64,000 bases of DNA, from positions 2,179-66,178 of the forward strand of contig CADAAI010000012.1 in the NCBI GenBank assembly GCA_902785925.1. The letters are read 5' to 3'. Within the stretch, counting starts at the first letter, position 1. Every line of letters begins with the position of its first letter. Shown here piece by piece: positions 44,656-54,324 of this stretch. This stretch comes from an uncultured Bacteroidales bacterium (GTDB taxonomy: Bacteria; Bacteroidota; Bacteroidia; Bacteroidales; Muribaculaceae). Both the position numbers and the translations under genes were made by a program. The notes under the pieces are model-generated. The model searched no databases. It was given only the letters and a program-made list of their open reading frames with translations, and had not been told where the DNA came from.

Positions 44656-46158
44656 ATGAAGAAAATTACTACACTTTTACTTGCTATAGCATTTGTGGCA
44701 ATAAGCGCAAATGCTACTGTTACTATCAATGTGCGCACCACCACGGGTGATGCCCCCTACCTATATACTTGGGGAGGAGCCAGCAATGGTGAGTGGCCTG
44801 GCACGCTGATGGATGAGACCCAAACCAGCGTTACTGAAGATGGTCTCGTGTGGTTAACTCAAGAGTTTGACTGTGACGCTATCAATATTATCTTCAACGA
44901 TGGTGGCCTCGACGACGAGGGCACTGGCGCAATCCAGACCGATAATATCTTGGGCGTGACAGGTACAGCTTACTTTATCTTTGACCCTGAGGAGGGCGAA
45001 TTTGAGGATGTTACTGGTACCTATGTAGAAATCCATGAGTTTGACCCAAGCACTCTGCCAGCTGGCGTGGTGTTTGTTGAGGGTAAGGAGTTTGCTTACT
45101 TTGTGGCCCCTACTACTTGGACAAAATGCAATGTGTGGGCTTGGAACGAAACCACCGGCACAAATTTCACACAAGCAGGTCCAAATGGGTGGCCTGGTGA
45201 CCCCATCACTTTGATTGGCAACACCACCGATGGCAACCCTGTTTACCAGTGGATTGGTCCTGACATCGTTGCTGACGACCGTCCTGAGGGTATTATTTTT
45301 AACAATGGAAGTGGTACGCAGACCAGCGACCTGGATTATGTTGCAGGTGGCGTTTACAACCTTGCTGGCAAGTTGCTCTATACTGTATCCAACAATGCAG
45401 GAGGTGGCATTGAACTACTAGAGCCAGTCATAACCGACAATTATATTGAATTTGTTGGAGTGAAGGCCTCTGGTAATTACAAGTTCACTCTTAACACATA
45501 TGAGTGGGAAGAAGATCATGGTCCACAATTCCAGCTTGCTATTGAGCCTATTGATCCCTCGAAACCAGCTTTTTTTGCTGCCGAAGACCTTAATGACCCC
45601 AATTATTGGGAGCCTATGTTCATGCGTGTGACCGAGGAGATGGCGGGTCAGTCGATGACCGCTCAAGACAATATTAAGCGATTGTATCTTGGCGATGTGC
45701 AACTGCTCGAGAACCAGTTCATAGACTATGATGAGCTTCATGTCGTTGGTTTTAACCTAAATAATAACTACACACTTCCCGCAGGCTGTCTTCTTAATGC
45801 TGGTCAGCACATGGATGAAATGGATGTAAAATGTAATGGTAGCATGACCTTGAGTCCAAATTCATTGCCTGTTGACAAGAACTTTGTTGTAACTGTTTAT
45901 ACACAGCAGATATATGATGTTTGGAATGCTTATAAGCAGTCCTACAACTGCCAGTACATCCTTAATCTAGTTGGCGATGAGCCTATTCCTGGTGATGTTG
46001 ACGGTGACGGCCATGTTACCAGTGGTGACGTGACTGCACTTTACAACTATATGCTTAACAGCGATGACAGTTCGATTGTCAACGGTGATCAAGACGGCGA
46101 TGGCCACATCACTTCGGGTGACGTGACTACCGTCTACAACATCATGCTTGGCAACTAA
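44656..46158 (+). CDS. Secreted non-catalytic protein with two starch-binding-like modules and a C-terminal dockerin-type module
   Basis: 500 aa with a signal peptide. Modules PYLYTWGGASNGEWPGTLM and CNVWAWNE...GPNGWPGDP, an approx 200-aa unknown region, and the tail GDVDGDGHVTSGDVTALYNYMLN...GDQDGDGHITSGDVTTVYNIMLGN. Confidence 0.75.
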   Translation: MKKITTLLLAIAFVAISANATVTINVRTTTGDAPYLYTWGGASNGEWPGTLMDETQTSVTEDGLVWLTQEFDCDAINIIFNDGGLDDEGTGAIQTDNILGVTGTAYFIFDPEEGEFEDVTGTYVEIHEFDPSTLPAGVVFVEGKEFAYFVAPTTWTKCNVWAWNETTGTNFTQAGPNGWPGDPITLIGNTTDGNPVYQWIGPDIVADDRPEGIIFNNGSGTQTSDLDYVAGGVYNLAGKLLYTVSNNAGGGIELLEPVITDNYIEFVGVKASGNYKFTLNTYEWEEDHGPQFQLAIEPIDPSKPAFFAAEDLNDPNYWEPMFMRVTEEMAGQSMTAQDNIKRLYLGDVQLLENQFIDYDELHVVGFNLNNNYTLPAGCLLNAGQHMDEMDVKCNGSMTLSPNSLPVDKNFVVTVYTQQIYDVWNAYKQSYNCQYILNLVGDEPIPGDVDGDGHVTSGDVTALYNYMLNSDDSSIVNGDQDGDGHITSGDVTTVYNIMLGN

Positions 46159-46173
46159 TTTGTTTAGACAGAC

Positions 46174-46217
46174 AAAAAAAGATGGCGTACCACTTTTTTA
46201 TGGTACGCCATTTTTTT
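46174..46217. terminator. Bidirectional intrinsic terminator
   Basis: 11-bp stem ATGGCGTACCA / TGGTACGCCAT flanked by an A run (46174-46181) and a T run (46211-46217), between convergent genes. Confidence 0.8.
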
Positions 46218-46236
46218 ACTGTCATTTAGCGGGAGT

Positions 46237-46644
46237 TTAGTACTCCATCATTGGAGGAAGCTCCTTGGCTTGAGCCACCATTTTCTCTACCTCAACAAGC
46301 GCAGGAACACGGTTAACGAGGTTCTTCTGAACGTTTACTTCCTCAAGTTTCTTGTGCAGGTTCTCAGGAACGCGGTTGCGCAGTTCCTTCACGGTGTCGA
46401 CTCCCGAAGCTTCGAGCAGCTCGCTAAACTGAGGTCCCACACCGTTGATGCGCATCAGGTCGGCATGGTTAGTCCATTTCAGGATGAGTTTGCCGCTAAT
46501 GCCTGTTTCCTCTTCAAGGGCCTTGCGTCCAGCAGGCTTTGCACATTTTGCGAGGATGGCGTCGGTATCCTTGATGCCAGCTGCAATCAATTTCTCGGCA
46601 TATACATCGCCCACGCCCTCAATGTCGATAATTTTGTAAACCAT
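46237..46644 (-). CDS. DUF4332 (helix-hairpin-helix) domain protein
   Basis: The start at M26 (MVYKIIDIEGVGDVYAEKL...) fits the family. The longer ORF to 46719 adds an implausible leader. Confidence 0.65.
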   Translation of the reverse strand: MVYKIIDIEGVGDVYAEKLIAAGIKDTDAILAKCAKPAGRKALEEETGISGKLILKWTNHADLMRINGVGPQFSELLEASGVDTVKELRNRVPENLHKKLEEVNVQKNLVNRVPALVEVEKMVAQAKELPPMMEY

Positions 46645-46760
46645 AATTAGTTGGTGTTTAAAAGTTGATAAAATGATATTGTTGCAATTTGACGGCAAAT
46701 ATATGCATTTTTCTTTCAAAAAGCAAGAGAAATACAGCTTTTTAAAAGAAAGATTATGAA

Positions 46761-47228
46761 TTATTTCAAGTCGTCGGGGGTAATATCAAACTGTGTAATT
46801 TCCTCGCCAGTGGCTTTGTTGACATAGCTCACTGTAATGGAAGCGCCCTTGGTCTTGATAGTTGTGTCGCTAGGCTTAGTGCTTTTCTTGAACTGGCTGA
46901 TGAATTCAGGAACCTCGTGTTCGACGATAGCCTCGGCAAAGTCTTCCTCGGCCTGGTCGGCTGGAATATCGACTTGCTTTACAATCTTCACGGTGTTGGT
47001 GGCTGGATCATAGGAGTATTTAGCATCAGTGTTGGCATGCTCCTCGGTCACGGCTTTAGATAGTTCGTCAATAACTTCCTGGCTTGGTGCCGCAGTGGTG
47101 TCGGCGGTGAGAGTAGTGTCGTTTACACTGTCGGTTGATGCTTTGCTAGCACTTGTAGTGCCGTTGCCCGTGCAGCTTGCCATGGCAATAACCATGAGAG
47201 CTACAGCTAATAGAGATAGATGTTTCAT
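46761..47228 (-). CDS. Hypothetical lipoprotein
   Basis: 155 aa, lipobox AMASCTG. Acidic, Thr/Asp-rich mature part with no recognisable motif. Confidence 0.6.
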   Translation of the reverse strand: MKHLSLLAVALMVIAMASCTGNGTTSASKASTDSVNDTTLTADTTAAPSQEVIDELSKAVTEEHANTDAKYSYDPATNTVKIVKQVDIPADQAEEDFAEAIVEHEVPEFISQFKKSTKPSDTTIKTKGASITVSYVNKATGEEITQFDITPDDLK

Positions 47229-47240
47229 GTTATATAATTT

Positions 47241-48092
47241 TTAGTCAATAATTTTAGTTGCTGTGACAAATCGGGCATTGCCGTTGAAGTCGTTGTAGAC
47301 CTGGATGTTGCGCATGCCAACACGTGCTAGCGTGTCGCTCACAAGTGCACCCATTGCGCGGTTAATTTCAAGATAAAGCCGTCCTCCGTTCTTCAATGCA
47401 CGACTTGCATAGGTGGCGATGGGGCGATAGTAGAGCATGGGGTCGTTGTCGGGGACAAATAGTGCTCCGTGTGGTTCATAGTTGAGCACGTTGGGTTCCA
47501 TTGCGGTCTTCTCGCTCTCGGTGATATAGGGTGGGTTGCTCACGATAATGTCCCATGCCTCGAGGGGAGTTGGGCAGTTGAATATGTCTTGTTCGACAAA
47601 GCGCACGCGCGTCTTGAGCTCTTGGGCGTTGTGCTGAGCAATTGCGAGGGCATCGCGGCTGATGTCGGTTGCAGTTACTTGGGCAAACTTGAGTGCTCGG
47701 GCTAGTGAAATAGCTATGCATCCGCTGCCTGTACCTAGGTCGATTACCTGCAAGTCGCTGCCAGGATTTTGGTCGATAATCATGTCGACGAGTTGCTCGG
47801 TTTCGGGGCGTGGTATAAGCACCGCTGGAGTTACAGTAAAGGAGTGGCCATGGAATCTTGCTTTTCCAAGGATATACTGCAAAGGCTCGTGACGGAGAAG
47901 TCGGGTAATTATCTCGTTAAGTCGATTGGGGAAGAAGGTTGGCAATTCCTCGTTGTCGCGCATCACGATATCGACGGGCTTCCATAACAGCACTTCCTCA
48001 AAGATTACTCGGGTCATACCCTCTATCTCGCGAGGGTCGTAGATCAACCCCAACTCGTTGCGCAGTTGCAGTATCGCTTCTCGTGTTGTCAT
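47241..48092 (-). CDS. prmC: Release-factor glutamine N5-methyltransferase PrmC/HemK
   Basis: SAM motif DLGTGSG and NPPY. The start at M25 is preferred over the hydrophobic 24-aa extension of the ORF opening at 48164. Confidence 0.85.
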   Translation of the reverse strand: MTTREAILQLRNELGLIYDPREIEGMTRVIFEEVLLWKPVDIVMRDNEELPTFFPNRLNEIITRLLRHEPLQYILGKARFHGHSFTVTPAVLIPRPETEQLVDMIIDQNPGSDLQVIDLGTGSGCIAISLARALKFAQVTATDISRDALAIAQHNAQELKTRVRFVEQDIFNCPTPLEAWDIIVSNPPYITESEKTAMEPNVLNYEPHGALFVPDNDPMLYYRPIATYASRALKNGGRLYLEINRAMGALVSDTLARVGMRNIQVYNDFNGNARFVTATKIID

Positions 48093-48191
48093 ATTGATTA
48101 GAACAATTAATTCAGTTGCCGAAATTACTAAAAAGATTGCTATCAATAATAAAAATATGGACAAAAAAATTGCTTTTTGAAATATTATGTT

Positions 48192-48199
48192 TAACTTTG
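48192..48199 (+). promoter_or_regulatory. -7 promoter box TAACTTTG for lysA
   Basis: Exact TAnnTTTG, 42 nt upstream of the ATG at 48241. Confidence 0.55.
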
Positions 48200-48240
48200 C
48201 AAAAATATCACGAGAAACACAAAATAATTAATTAGCGAAG

Positions 48241-49389
48241 ATGCACCTTAAAAGTTTATCGAACGTAGCCATGCATGAAACACCATTCTATAGCTATGAC
48301 ATGGCGTTGCTGCGTCGCACACTGGCCGTTGTCAATCGAGAGATTGAAGGCTATCCTTTTGTCGTTCACTATGCCGTTAAAGCTAATGGCAATCCCGTAA
48401 TTCTCAGTGAAATACAGAAGTCGGGCATTGGTGCCGACTTAGTAAGTGGCAATGAGATATTAGCGGCCATTAAGGCTGGATTCAATCCTGGAAATATGGC
48501 ATATGCTGGCGTGGGGAAGACCGACCGCGAGATAGAGATAGGCATTGACAACGACATATACTGCTTCAATGTGGAAAGCGAGCCCGAGATGGAGGTGATC
48601 AATGAGATCGCCGCTCGCAAAGGGAAGATGGCTGGTGTTGCCATAAGGGTTAATCCAAACATAGATGCCCACACTCATCGATATATCACAACAGGAACCT
48701 CGGTCAACAAATTTGGTATAGATTTGCACATGCTCGATAGGGTGGTGGACTTAGCCATCAAGTTGCCCAACCTGCACTTGCGTGGACTTCATTTCCACAT
48801 AGGCTCACAAATAACTACGCTTGAGCCTTTCAGGCTGCTTTGCGAGAAGATCAACCAATTGCTCGACTACTATGAAGCGCGTGGCATCAGCTTTGAGATG
48901 ATAGATGCAGGAGGAGGTTTGGGAGTTGACTATGAAAATCCCGAGGCTAACCCCATTGCGCCATTCCATGACTTTTTCCAGGTGTTTAAGGACGGCTTAA
49001 AGCTTCGACACGGTCAGAAGGTGCATTTTGAGCTCGGTCGCTCAATTGTTGCGCAATGTGGCGCTCTGATATCTAAGGTGGTGTTTGTCAAGGATAATTC
49101 TGTCAAGAAGTTTGTGATTCTTGATGCTGGCATGACCGACCTCTTGCGGCCTGCTCTCTATGATTCACATCACAAAATTGTGAATCTCACGTCACAGGCT
49201 ACCGAGACCGATGTCTATGATGTGGTGGGACCAATTTGTGAGTCGAGCGATGTTTTTGCTACCGACGAGAGGCTTCTAGTGACGCGTCGTGGCGACGTGA
49301 TTGCTATCCTGTCGGCAGGGGCTTACGGCGAGTCGATGTCAAGCACCTACAATATGCGCTCACTGCCACAAAGTCGGTTCTTTGATTGA
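48241..49389 (+). CDS. lysA: Diaminopimelate decarboxylase
   Basis: 382 aa. PLP-lysine motif HYAVKAN and GGGLG, fold-type III decarboxylase pattern. Confidence 0.88.
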   Translation: MHLKSLSNVAMHETPFYSYDMALLRRTLAVVNREIEGYPFVVHYAVKANGNPVILSEIQKSGIGADLVSGNEILAAIKAGFNPGNMAYAGVGKTDREIEIGIDNDIYCFNVESEPEMEVINEIAARKGKMAGVAIRVNPNIDAHTHRYITTGTSVNKFGIDLHMLDRVVDLAIKLPNLHLRGLHFHIGSQITTLEPFRLLCEKINQLLDYYEARGISFEMIDAGGGLGVDYENPEANPIAPFHDFFQVFKDGLKLRHGQKVHFELGRSIVAQCGALISKVVFVKDNSVKKFVILDAGMTDLLRPALYDSHHKIVNLTSQATETDVYDVVGPICESSDVFATDERLLVTRRGDVIAILSAGAYGESMSSTYNMRSLPQSRFFD

Positions 49390-49439
49390 TGGCATGTTTT
49401 TTGCTCATTGTCAGTCATGACTTTTAAAATGAGCGAATT

Positions 49440-49736
49440 ATGAACAACTTTGAGCAACTTATTGCTGGCGACAAGCCAGTATTGGTCGATTTCTTCGCCA
49501 CTTGGTGTGGACCGTGCAAGATGATGCATCCCATCCTTGAGGAGTTGAAGCAGAACATAGGCGACCAAGCAACAATAATTAATATTGACGTTGACGAGGC
49601 ACAAGAGGTGGCTGTTCAGTATGGCGTGAGGGCAGTGCCCACACTTGCCATCTTCAAGCAGGGTCAACTCGTGTGGCGTGAGGCTGGTGTGCACAGCGCC
49701 CAGCAACTCGTTCAAGCCCTCGAGCCATTTGTGTAA
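49440..49736 (+). CDS. trxA: Thioredoxin
   Basis: 98 aa with the WCGPC active site. Confidence 0.92.
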   Translation: MNNFEQLIAGDKPVLVDFFATWCGPCKMMHPILEELKQNIGDQATIINIDVDEAQEVAVQYGVRAVPTLAIFKQGQLVWREAGVHSAQQLVQALEPFV

Positions 49737-49755
49737 CAGAATTGTTACTCCCTAT

Positions 49756-49797
49756 AAAAAAACGAGAAAAGAGATTTTTGCCTCTTTTCTCGTTTTT
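49756..49797. terminator. Bidirectional terminator between trx and the TIGR04076 gene
   Basis: Stem AACGAGAAAAGAG / CTCTTTTCTCGTT flanked by A and T runs. Confidence 0.75.
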
Positions 49798-50098
49798 ATT
49801 CTATAGTTTCTACTAGAAAACTGACTGGTCGGAAACCATCATTACATGATATCATTGCGCTGTGAGGGTTCTTCATCCAGCCGTCGAAGAAGTTGCCTCC
49901 GCCCTCGGCAAGTTCCTTGACCCACGGCAGTAGAGTTTCCCATGCGCTGTCGCACATTCCCTCGGGCTGCTTGCTGTCCTCAACGATGAAAGTGCGCCCC
50001 AGCGTCATGTTGCAGGCGTGTTCAATGGGATTCTCGTATTTTTCCATTAAATCACGGTAGCACGCCATGTGCATCACAGTTATCTTTATCTTCTTCAT
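49796..50098 (-). CDS. TIGR04076-family small Cys-containing protein
   Basis: 100 aa. The pattern MKKIKITV...PEGMCDSAW...ISCNDGFRPVSF matches my recollection of the TIGR04076 family. Confidence 0.6.
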   Translation of the reverse strand: MKKIKITVMHMACYRDLMEKYENPIEHACNMTLGRTFIVEDSKQPEGMCDSAWETLLPWVKELAEGGGNFFDGWMKNPHSAMISCNDGFRPVSFLVETIE

Positions 50099-50227
50099 GC
50101 TCTTTGAAATATTAATGTTACCTGTTGAATAATAAATAGCATTTGCAAAGATAAAACTTTTTAATATTAAATTAGGTTGTGTCGTTATTTTTTTGCTTCA
50201 AGTGTTGAATGTTTTGTGAAAATGCGC

Positions 50228-50235
50228 TACCTTTG
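50228..50235 (+). promoter_or_regulatory. -7 promoter box TACCTTTG for udk
   Basis: Exact TAnnTTTG, 54 nt upstream of the ATG at 50289. Confidence 0.5.
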
Positions 50236-50288
50236 TATGATTTTAGGCTAATGTTCACAACGTTTTAAACTAATATACATTCAAAACT

Positions 50289-50906
50289 ATGTTTATCATT
50301 GGTATAGCAGGCGGCACCGGTTCGGGAAAGACGACGGTTGTACGCAAAATCATGGAGCGCCTTCCAAAAGGTGAAGTGGGAATTATATCGCAGGACTCAT
50401 ATTATAAGGATTCAAGTCATGTGCCTGTTGAGGACCGCCAGAAGATTAACTTCGACGAGCCTGCTGCATTCGATTGGAATCTGCTTCTTGAGCACTTGAA
50501 GATGCTCAAGCAGGGCAAGGCCATTGAAATGCCAACTTACAGTTATCTCACATGCACTCGCCAGAAGGAAACCGTTCACATGGAGCCACACGATGTGGTG
50601 TTGATTGAGGGTATTCTTGTTATGAGCGACCCACGACTGAGGAAGATGATGGATATCAAGGTGTTTGTTGATGCCGACGGCGACGACCGCCTTATCCGTG
50701 TTATTTCTCGTGACTGCATTGAGCGTGGCCGCACTGCACAGGAGGTTATCGACCGCTATCAGCAAGTGCTCAAGCCCATGCACTTGATGCACATTGAGCC
50801 CTGCAAGCGCTTTGTCGACATTATCGTTCCCGAGGGTGGCCACAACGAGGTTGCTATCAACCTGCTCACCGACTATATCAAGTCTAGGTTGAACATGAAG
50901 AAATAA
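50289..50906 (+). CDS. udk: Uridine kinase
   Basis: 205 aa. P-loop [12 protein letters not shown] and a typical Udk core ([15 protein letters not shown]). Confidence 0.92.
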   Translation: MFIIGIAGGTGSGKTTVVRKIMERLPKGEVGIISQDSYYKDSSHVPVEDRQKINFDEPAAFDWNLLLEHLKMLKQGKAIEMPTYSYLTCTRQKETVHMEPHDVVLIEGILVMSDPRLRKMMDIKVFVDADGDDRLIRVISRDCIERGRTAQEVIDRYQQVLKPMHLMHIEPCKRFVDIIVPEGGHNEVAINLLTDYIKSRLNMKK

Positions 50907-50923
50907 ATTTTTTACTACGATTA

Positions 50924-51823
50924 ATGAAACTCTTTCGCAATCGTGACAAGGAGGCGGCAATGGCTACCCAAGAGCCGTTGACGATAGGCACAGGCAGTGA
51001 CGATGAGAAGAAAATCACCGAGGTTACCGACAAGGTGGTTGAGATGCTTAATCGCACTGGTGAGGCTGGTGATTTAGTGCTTCTGACCGACAATTTGGTG
51101 AAGAAGTACCGCCAGCGCATTGTTGCCAATCATGTGTCTATCAATGTGCGCCAAGGCGAGATAGTGGGCTTGCTAGGACCTAACGGTGCCGGCAAAACCA
51201 CTACATTCTATATGACCACTGGACTTGTCACTCCTAATGAGGGTCGCGTCTACATCAATAATGTGGAAATCACCAAGCTGCCAGTGTATAAGCGTGCGCA
51301 GTTGGGTATTGGTTATCTGCCACAGGAGGCATCGGTGTTCCGCAAACTCACTGTCGAGAACAACATTCGCACCGTGCTTGAGATGACCAATACAACTCCA
51401 GAATATCAGCGCGACAAACTAGAGGAACTCATTGCCGAGTTTCACCTTGAGAAGGTGCGAAAGAACTTGGGTGACCGCCTGAGTGGTGGTGAGCGCCGCC
51501 GAACCGAGATTGCACGTTGCCTCGCTATCAACCCTCGATTCATCATGCTCGATGAGCCATTCGCTGGCGTTGACCCCATTGCTGTGGAAGACATTCAGAG
51601 TATTGTGTACAGTCTCAAGCACAAGAATATAGGTATCCTCATTACTGACCATAATGCTCCCGAAACGTTAAGCATCACTGACCGTGCCTATCTGCTCTTT
51701 GAGGGCAAAATTCTTTTCCAGGGCACTAGCGAGGAACTTGCCGAGAATCCCGTAGTACGCGAGAAATATTTGGGCCGCAACTTTGTGTTCCGCCGCAAGA
51801 AGTTCAAGGAGACAATCGATTAG
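50924..51823 (+). CDS. lptB: LPS export ABC transporter ATP-binding protein LptB (start uncertain)
   Basis: Walker [10 protein letters not shown], signature LSGGERRR, Walker B IMLDEP. The ORF gives an approx 45-50 aa N-terminal extension relative to typical LptB. Internal Met codons at residues 13 and 41 are alternative starts. Confidence 0.8.
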   Translation: MKLFRNRDKEAAMATQEPLTIGTGSDDEKKITEVTDKVVEMLNRTGEAGDLVLLTDNLVKKYRQRIVANHVSINVRQGEIVGLLGPNGAGKTTTFYMTTGLVTPNEGRVYINNVEITKLPVYKRAQLGIGYLPQEASVFRKLTVENNIRTVLEMTNTTPEYQRDKLEELIAEFHLEKVRKNLGDRLSGGERRRTEIARCLAINPRFIMLDEPFAGVDPIAVEDIQSIVYSLKHKNIGILITDHNAPETLSITDRAYLLFEGKILFQGTSEELAENPVVREKYLGRNFVFRRKKFKETID

Positions 51824-51859
51824 TAAAGTTGACTTTTATAGTTTAATCAATAAAAACAA

Positions 51860-52648
51860 ATGATTATGAAGAAATTTTTTTGCATGATTGCAATGGCGGT
51901 CATAACACTGACCGCCTGGTCGCAGAAACCATTGAATGTGAGCACCTACAGTGGTACAGCACTCGAGCGCTATGACGGTCAACAGCGCATGGTGACCGCC
52001 GACCGCTACCTTTTTACTGGCTGGAACACCATCTCGCTGCCATTCGCCATGAGCGAACAGGAGCTTGACGAAGCTTTGGGACAGGGCGTGAAGTTAGAGC
52101 GTCTGGTAGGCGTTACTCAGCAAGGCGCTGAACTTGTGTTGAACTTCCAAGACTGCAAGGCGGATGGAATTAAGGCCAATCAACCTTACATTCTCTACTA
52201 TCCAGGCGAGACAGGCTCAAGGAAATTCCGCGCCAATGCCGTGATTGAAAACAAAGAGTCGAAGGTGGCATTCACTACTGGTGGTGGCGTGAAGCTTACA
52301 ATGACAGGCGCTGCTCACAAGACCGATGGCAAGGGCCTCTATGGTATCCTCGCCATTAATAACGGTGATGCAAACTTCACGCGCATTGAAAAAGACAACG
52401 ACAAGGCATTCTTCTATGCTACACGTTGTTTCATTAGCATCCCAGGCGAACAAGAGTTCACTTTGACACCTAACCACTTGGGTCGTGGAGAGGTGACCAG
52501 CATCACCGACATTGCTGCCGCCAACGATATCGTTGACGTTTACAATGTGTTGGGCATGCGTGTTGCTCACAACATCAAGGCTGGTGATGTCAACAATCTG
52601 GAGCCAAACATCTACATCGTGAAAGGTCACAAGATTCTTGTGAAGTGA
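51860..52648 (+). CDS. Small secreted protein with T9SS C-terminal sorting domain
   Basis: 262 aa with a signal peptide. The tail DVYNVLGMRVAHNIKAGDVNNLEPNIYIVKGHKILVK is typical of a T9SS CTD. Confidence 0.6.
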   Translation: MIMKKFFCMIAMAVITLTAWSQKPLNVSTYSGTALERYDGQQRMVTADRYLFTGWNTISLPFAMSEQELDEALGQGVKLERLVGVTQQGAELVLNFQDCKADGIKANQPYILYYPGETGSRKFRANAVIENKESKVAFTTGGGVKLTMTGAAHKTDGKGLYGILAINNGDANFTRIEKDNDKAFFYATRCFISIPGEQEFTLTPNHLGRGEVTSITDIAAANDIVDVYNVLGMRVAHNIKAGDVNNLEPNIYIVKGHKILVK

Positions 52649-52667
52649 TTTTTCCCGATTGAAAATT

Positions 52668-52707
52668 AATTAGGCAGCATCTCACTAGATGCTGCCTAAT
52701 TTGTTTT
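52668..52707. terminator. Bidirectional terminator
   Basis: Perfect 15-bp stem AATTAGGCAGCATCT / AGATGCTGCCTAATT with loop CACT, followed by TGTTTTT. Confidence 0.8.
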
Positions 52708-52728
52708 TAGTGAAAAGATGGTTTTTTC

Positions 52729-54021
52729 TTATTGCATGTGGAATTGGGCCTTGAGCCATTTCATGGCATTTTCAACTTGCCAAGGATATAGCCAGTGGCC
52801 TGTGTCGCGTCCTAGCTGTAACTGCTTGGGTGCAGTGATGACGTTATAGGCGCTGAAGGTTGAGGTGGGACAGCAAGCTGGGTCGTTGAAACCCCAAGCG
52901 TAGAATCCAGGAACCTTGAGCAAGCGAGCAAAGTTTACAGTGTCGAAGTATTTAGAAACCTCGATGCGTGCCTGCAGGTTTGGCTCGTTAGGATTACGGA
53001 AAAGATGCGGCCAACCAGCTCCACGGCCGTTGTAATAGCCCGTGAGATCACAGAAAGCTGGGAAATAGGAGAATAAGGCGCTCACGTGTGGACTCAACGC
53101 CGCAGTCATTATCGAGAGCATGCCGCCTTGGCTGCCGCCGTAGGTGGCAATGCGCGTTGTGTCGACATCGTCGCGTGTGCACAGGTAGTCGATTGCTCTC
53201 ACGCAGCCCAGAATTGAGCGTTTATAGTAATAGGTGTCGCGGTTGTCGATGCCCATTGTGGTGTAGCCTGCGAGAGCTCCGTTCTCGAGTTGGCGGTAAA
53301 TCTCGGGCGATTGGTCAACTGGGATGCCATGCACACCGATTTCGAGAACCACAAATCCCTCATAAGCGAGTTCATTAGGACCATTGAACGAGCGCACAGC
53401 AGCCCCTGGCAAGCGCAGGATTGCAGGTTTGCGACCTGGAATCTTAGGTACGGTGAGCACACCATATACGTAGTTGCCTTTCCTGTAGGACTGCAGGCGC
53501 AGGTAGTAAACATCGACGCGGTCGTTACTCTCCTTTTCGCTATAGCGTAGGGTTGTGGACATAGGTACTTGCGCTGCCTTGCTCATTGCGTCATTCCAGA
53601 ACTGTTCAAAGTCGTTGGGCATCGTGGTTGTGGGCTTGATATCGTAGGGGTCAAAGGCAATATTAGTCATGGAGCTGTAGGTCTTTCCGTCGAGCTCTAC
53701 CTTCACGCGCACACTGGTGAAGCCGGGAGTTTTAGCGCCTGGAACATCGAAGTGTGCGAATCCATCCTTTCCGGTCTTGACTGTGTTGGTATAGACAGCG
53801 TCGAGTTTGTCGGGACCGTAGCTGTAGGTAATTACTGCATCCTTCATGCGCACGTTCTCACAGATTGCGTAGGCGGTGAAATGCGCCTTCTCGCCCACAC
53901 GGTAGGTCCAGTCGGGATGGTCGGGCTCGGCCACAACGGTAATATATTGATGACTTGAAGATTGTGCGACGGCAGCAATGGTGCACGTCAAAAGTAGCAG
54001 AAGGTTAAAGATGCGTGTCAT
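52729..54021 (-). CDS. Acetylxylan esterase / cephalosporin-C deacetylase-like (CE7-type) serine esterase
   Basis: GGSQGG nucleophile elbow in an alpha/beta hydrolase. Signal peptide from M19 (MTRIFNLLLLLTCTIAAVAQ). The ORF continues upstream to 54075. Confidence 0.75.
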   Translation of the reverse strand: MTRIFNLLLLLTCTIAAVAQSSSHQYITVVAEPDHPDWTYRVGEKAHFTAYAICENVRMKDAVITYSYGPDKLDAVYTNTVKTGKDGFAHFDVPGAKTPGFTSVRVKVELDGKTYSSMTNIAFDPYDIKPTTTMPNDFEQFWNDAMSKAAQVPMSTTLRYSEKESNDRVDVYYLRLQSYRKGNYVYGVLTVPKIPGRKPAILRLPGAAVRSFNGPNELAYEGFVVLEIGVHGIPVDQSPEIYRQLENGALAGYTTMGIDNRDTYYYKRSILGCVRAIDYLCTRDDVDTTRIATYGGSQGGMLSIMTAALSPHVSALFSYFPAFCDLTGYYNGRGAGWPHLFRNPNEPNLQARIEVSKYFDTVNFARLLKVPGFYAWGFNDPACCPTSTFSAYNVITAPKQLQLGRDTGHWLYPWQVENAMKWLKAQFHMQ

Positions 54022-54041
54022 GTGATAGTGAATGAAAAGTT

Positions 54042-54311
54042 TTACAAAGGAAAATGATGGCCCCCTTCTTCCCAAACAAAGGTATAGCCTTCGTAGCCAT
54101 CAGGAAGCATTATGCGGCTAACGCGTCGCCACTGAGGAGGACCGTAGTCGCTCGACGAACCGCTTAGAACCACTTGCTGAGAAGCGTGGTTAATGCGCCA
54201 ATATCCGCCACCCATGCAGTGGTCGCCCGGCTCGAGCAGATGACGATGCAGAGTCACCATGCCTAATCGCAGGTGACCATCGCTGGTTATTATAAATTTT
54301 GGGTATGCCAT
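54042..54311 (-). CDS. Small conserved-looking hypothetical protein
   Basis: 89-aa ORF packed between the aspartokinase (13-nt gap) and the esterase (20-nt gap). No motif recognised. Confidence 0.45.
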   Translation of the reverse strand: MAYPKFIITSDGHLRLGMVTLHRHLLEPGDHCMGGGYWRINHASQQVVLSGSSSDYGPPQWRRVSRIMLPDGYEGYTFVWEEGGHHFPL

Positions 54312-54324
54312 GGCTATGGCGCCA

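Noticed and set aside
48165-48240. Lysine riboswitch upstream of lysA or of the aspartokinase gene (55189..55259)
   Set aside because: Both leaders are only about 70-76 nt. This is far too short for an L-box, and they contain just a promoter box.
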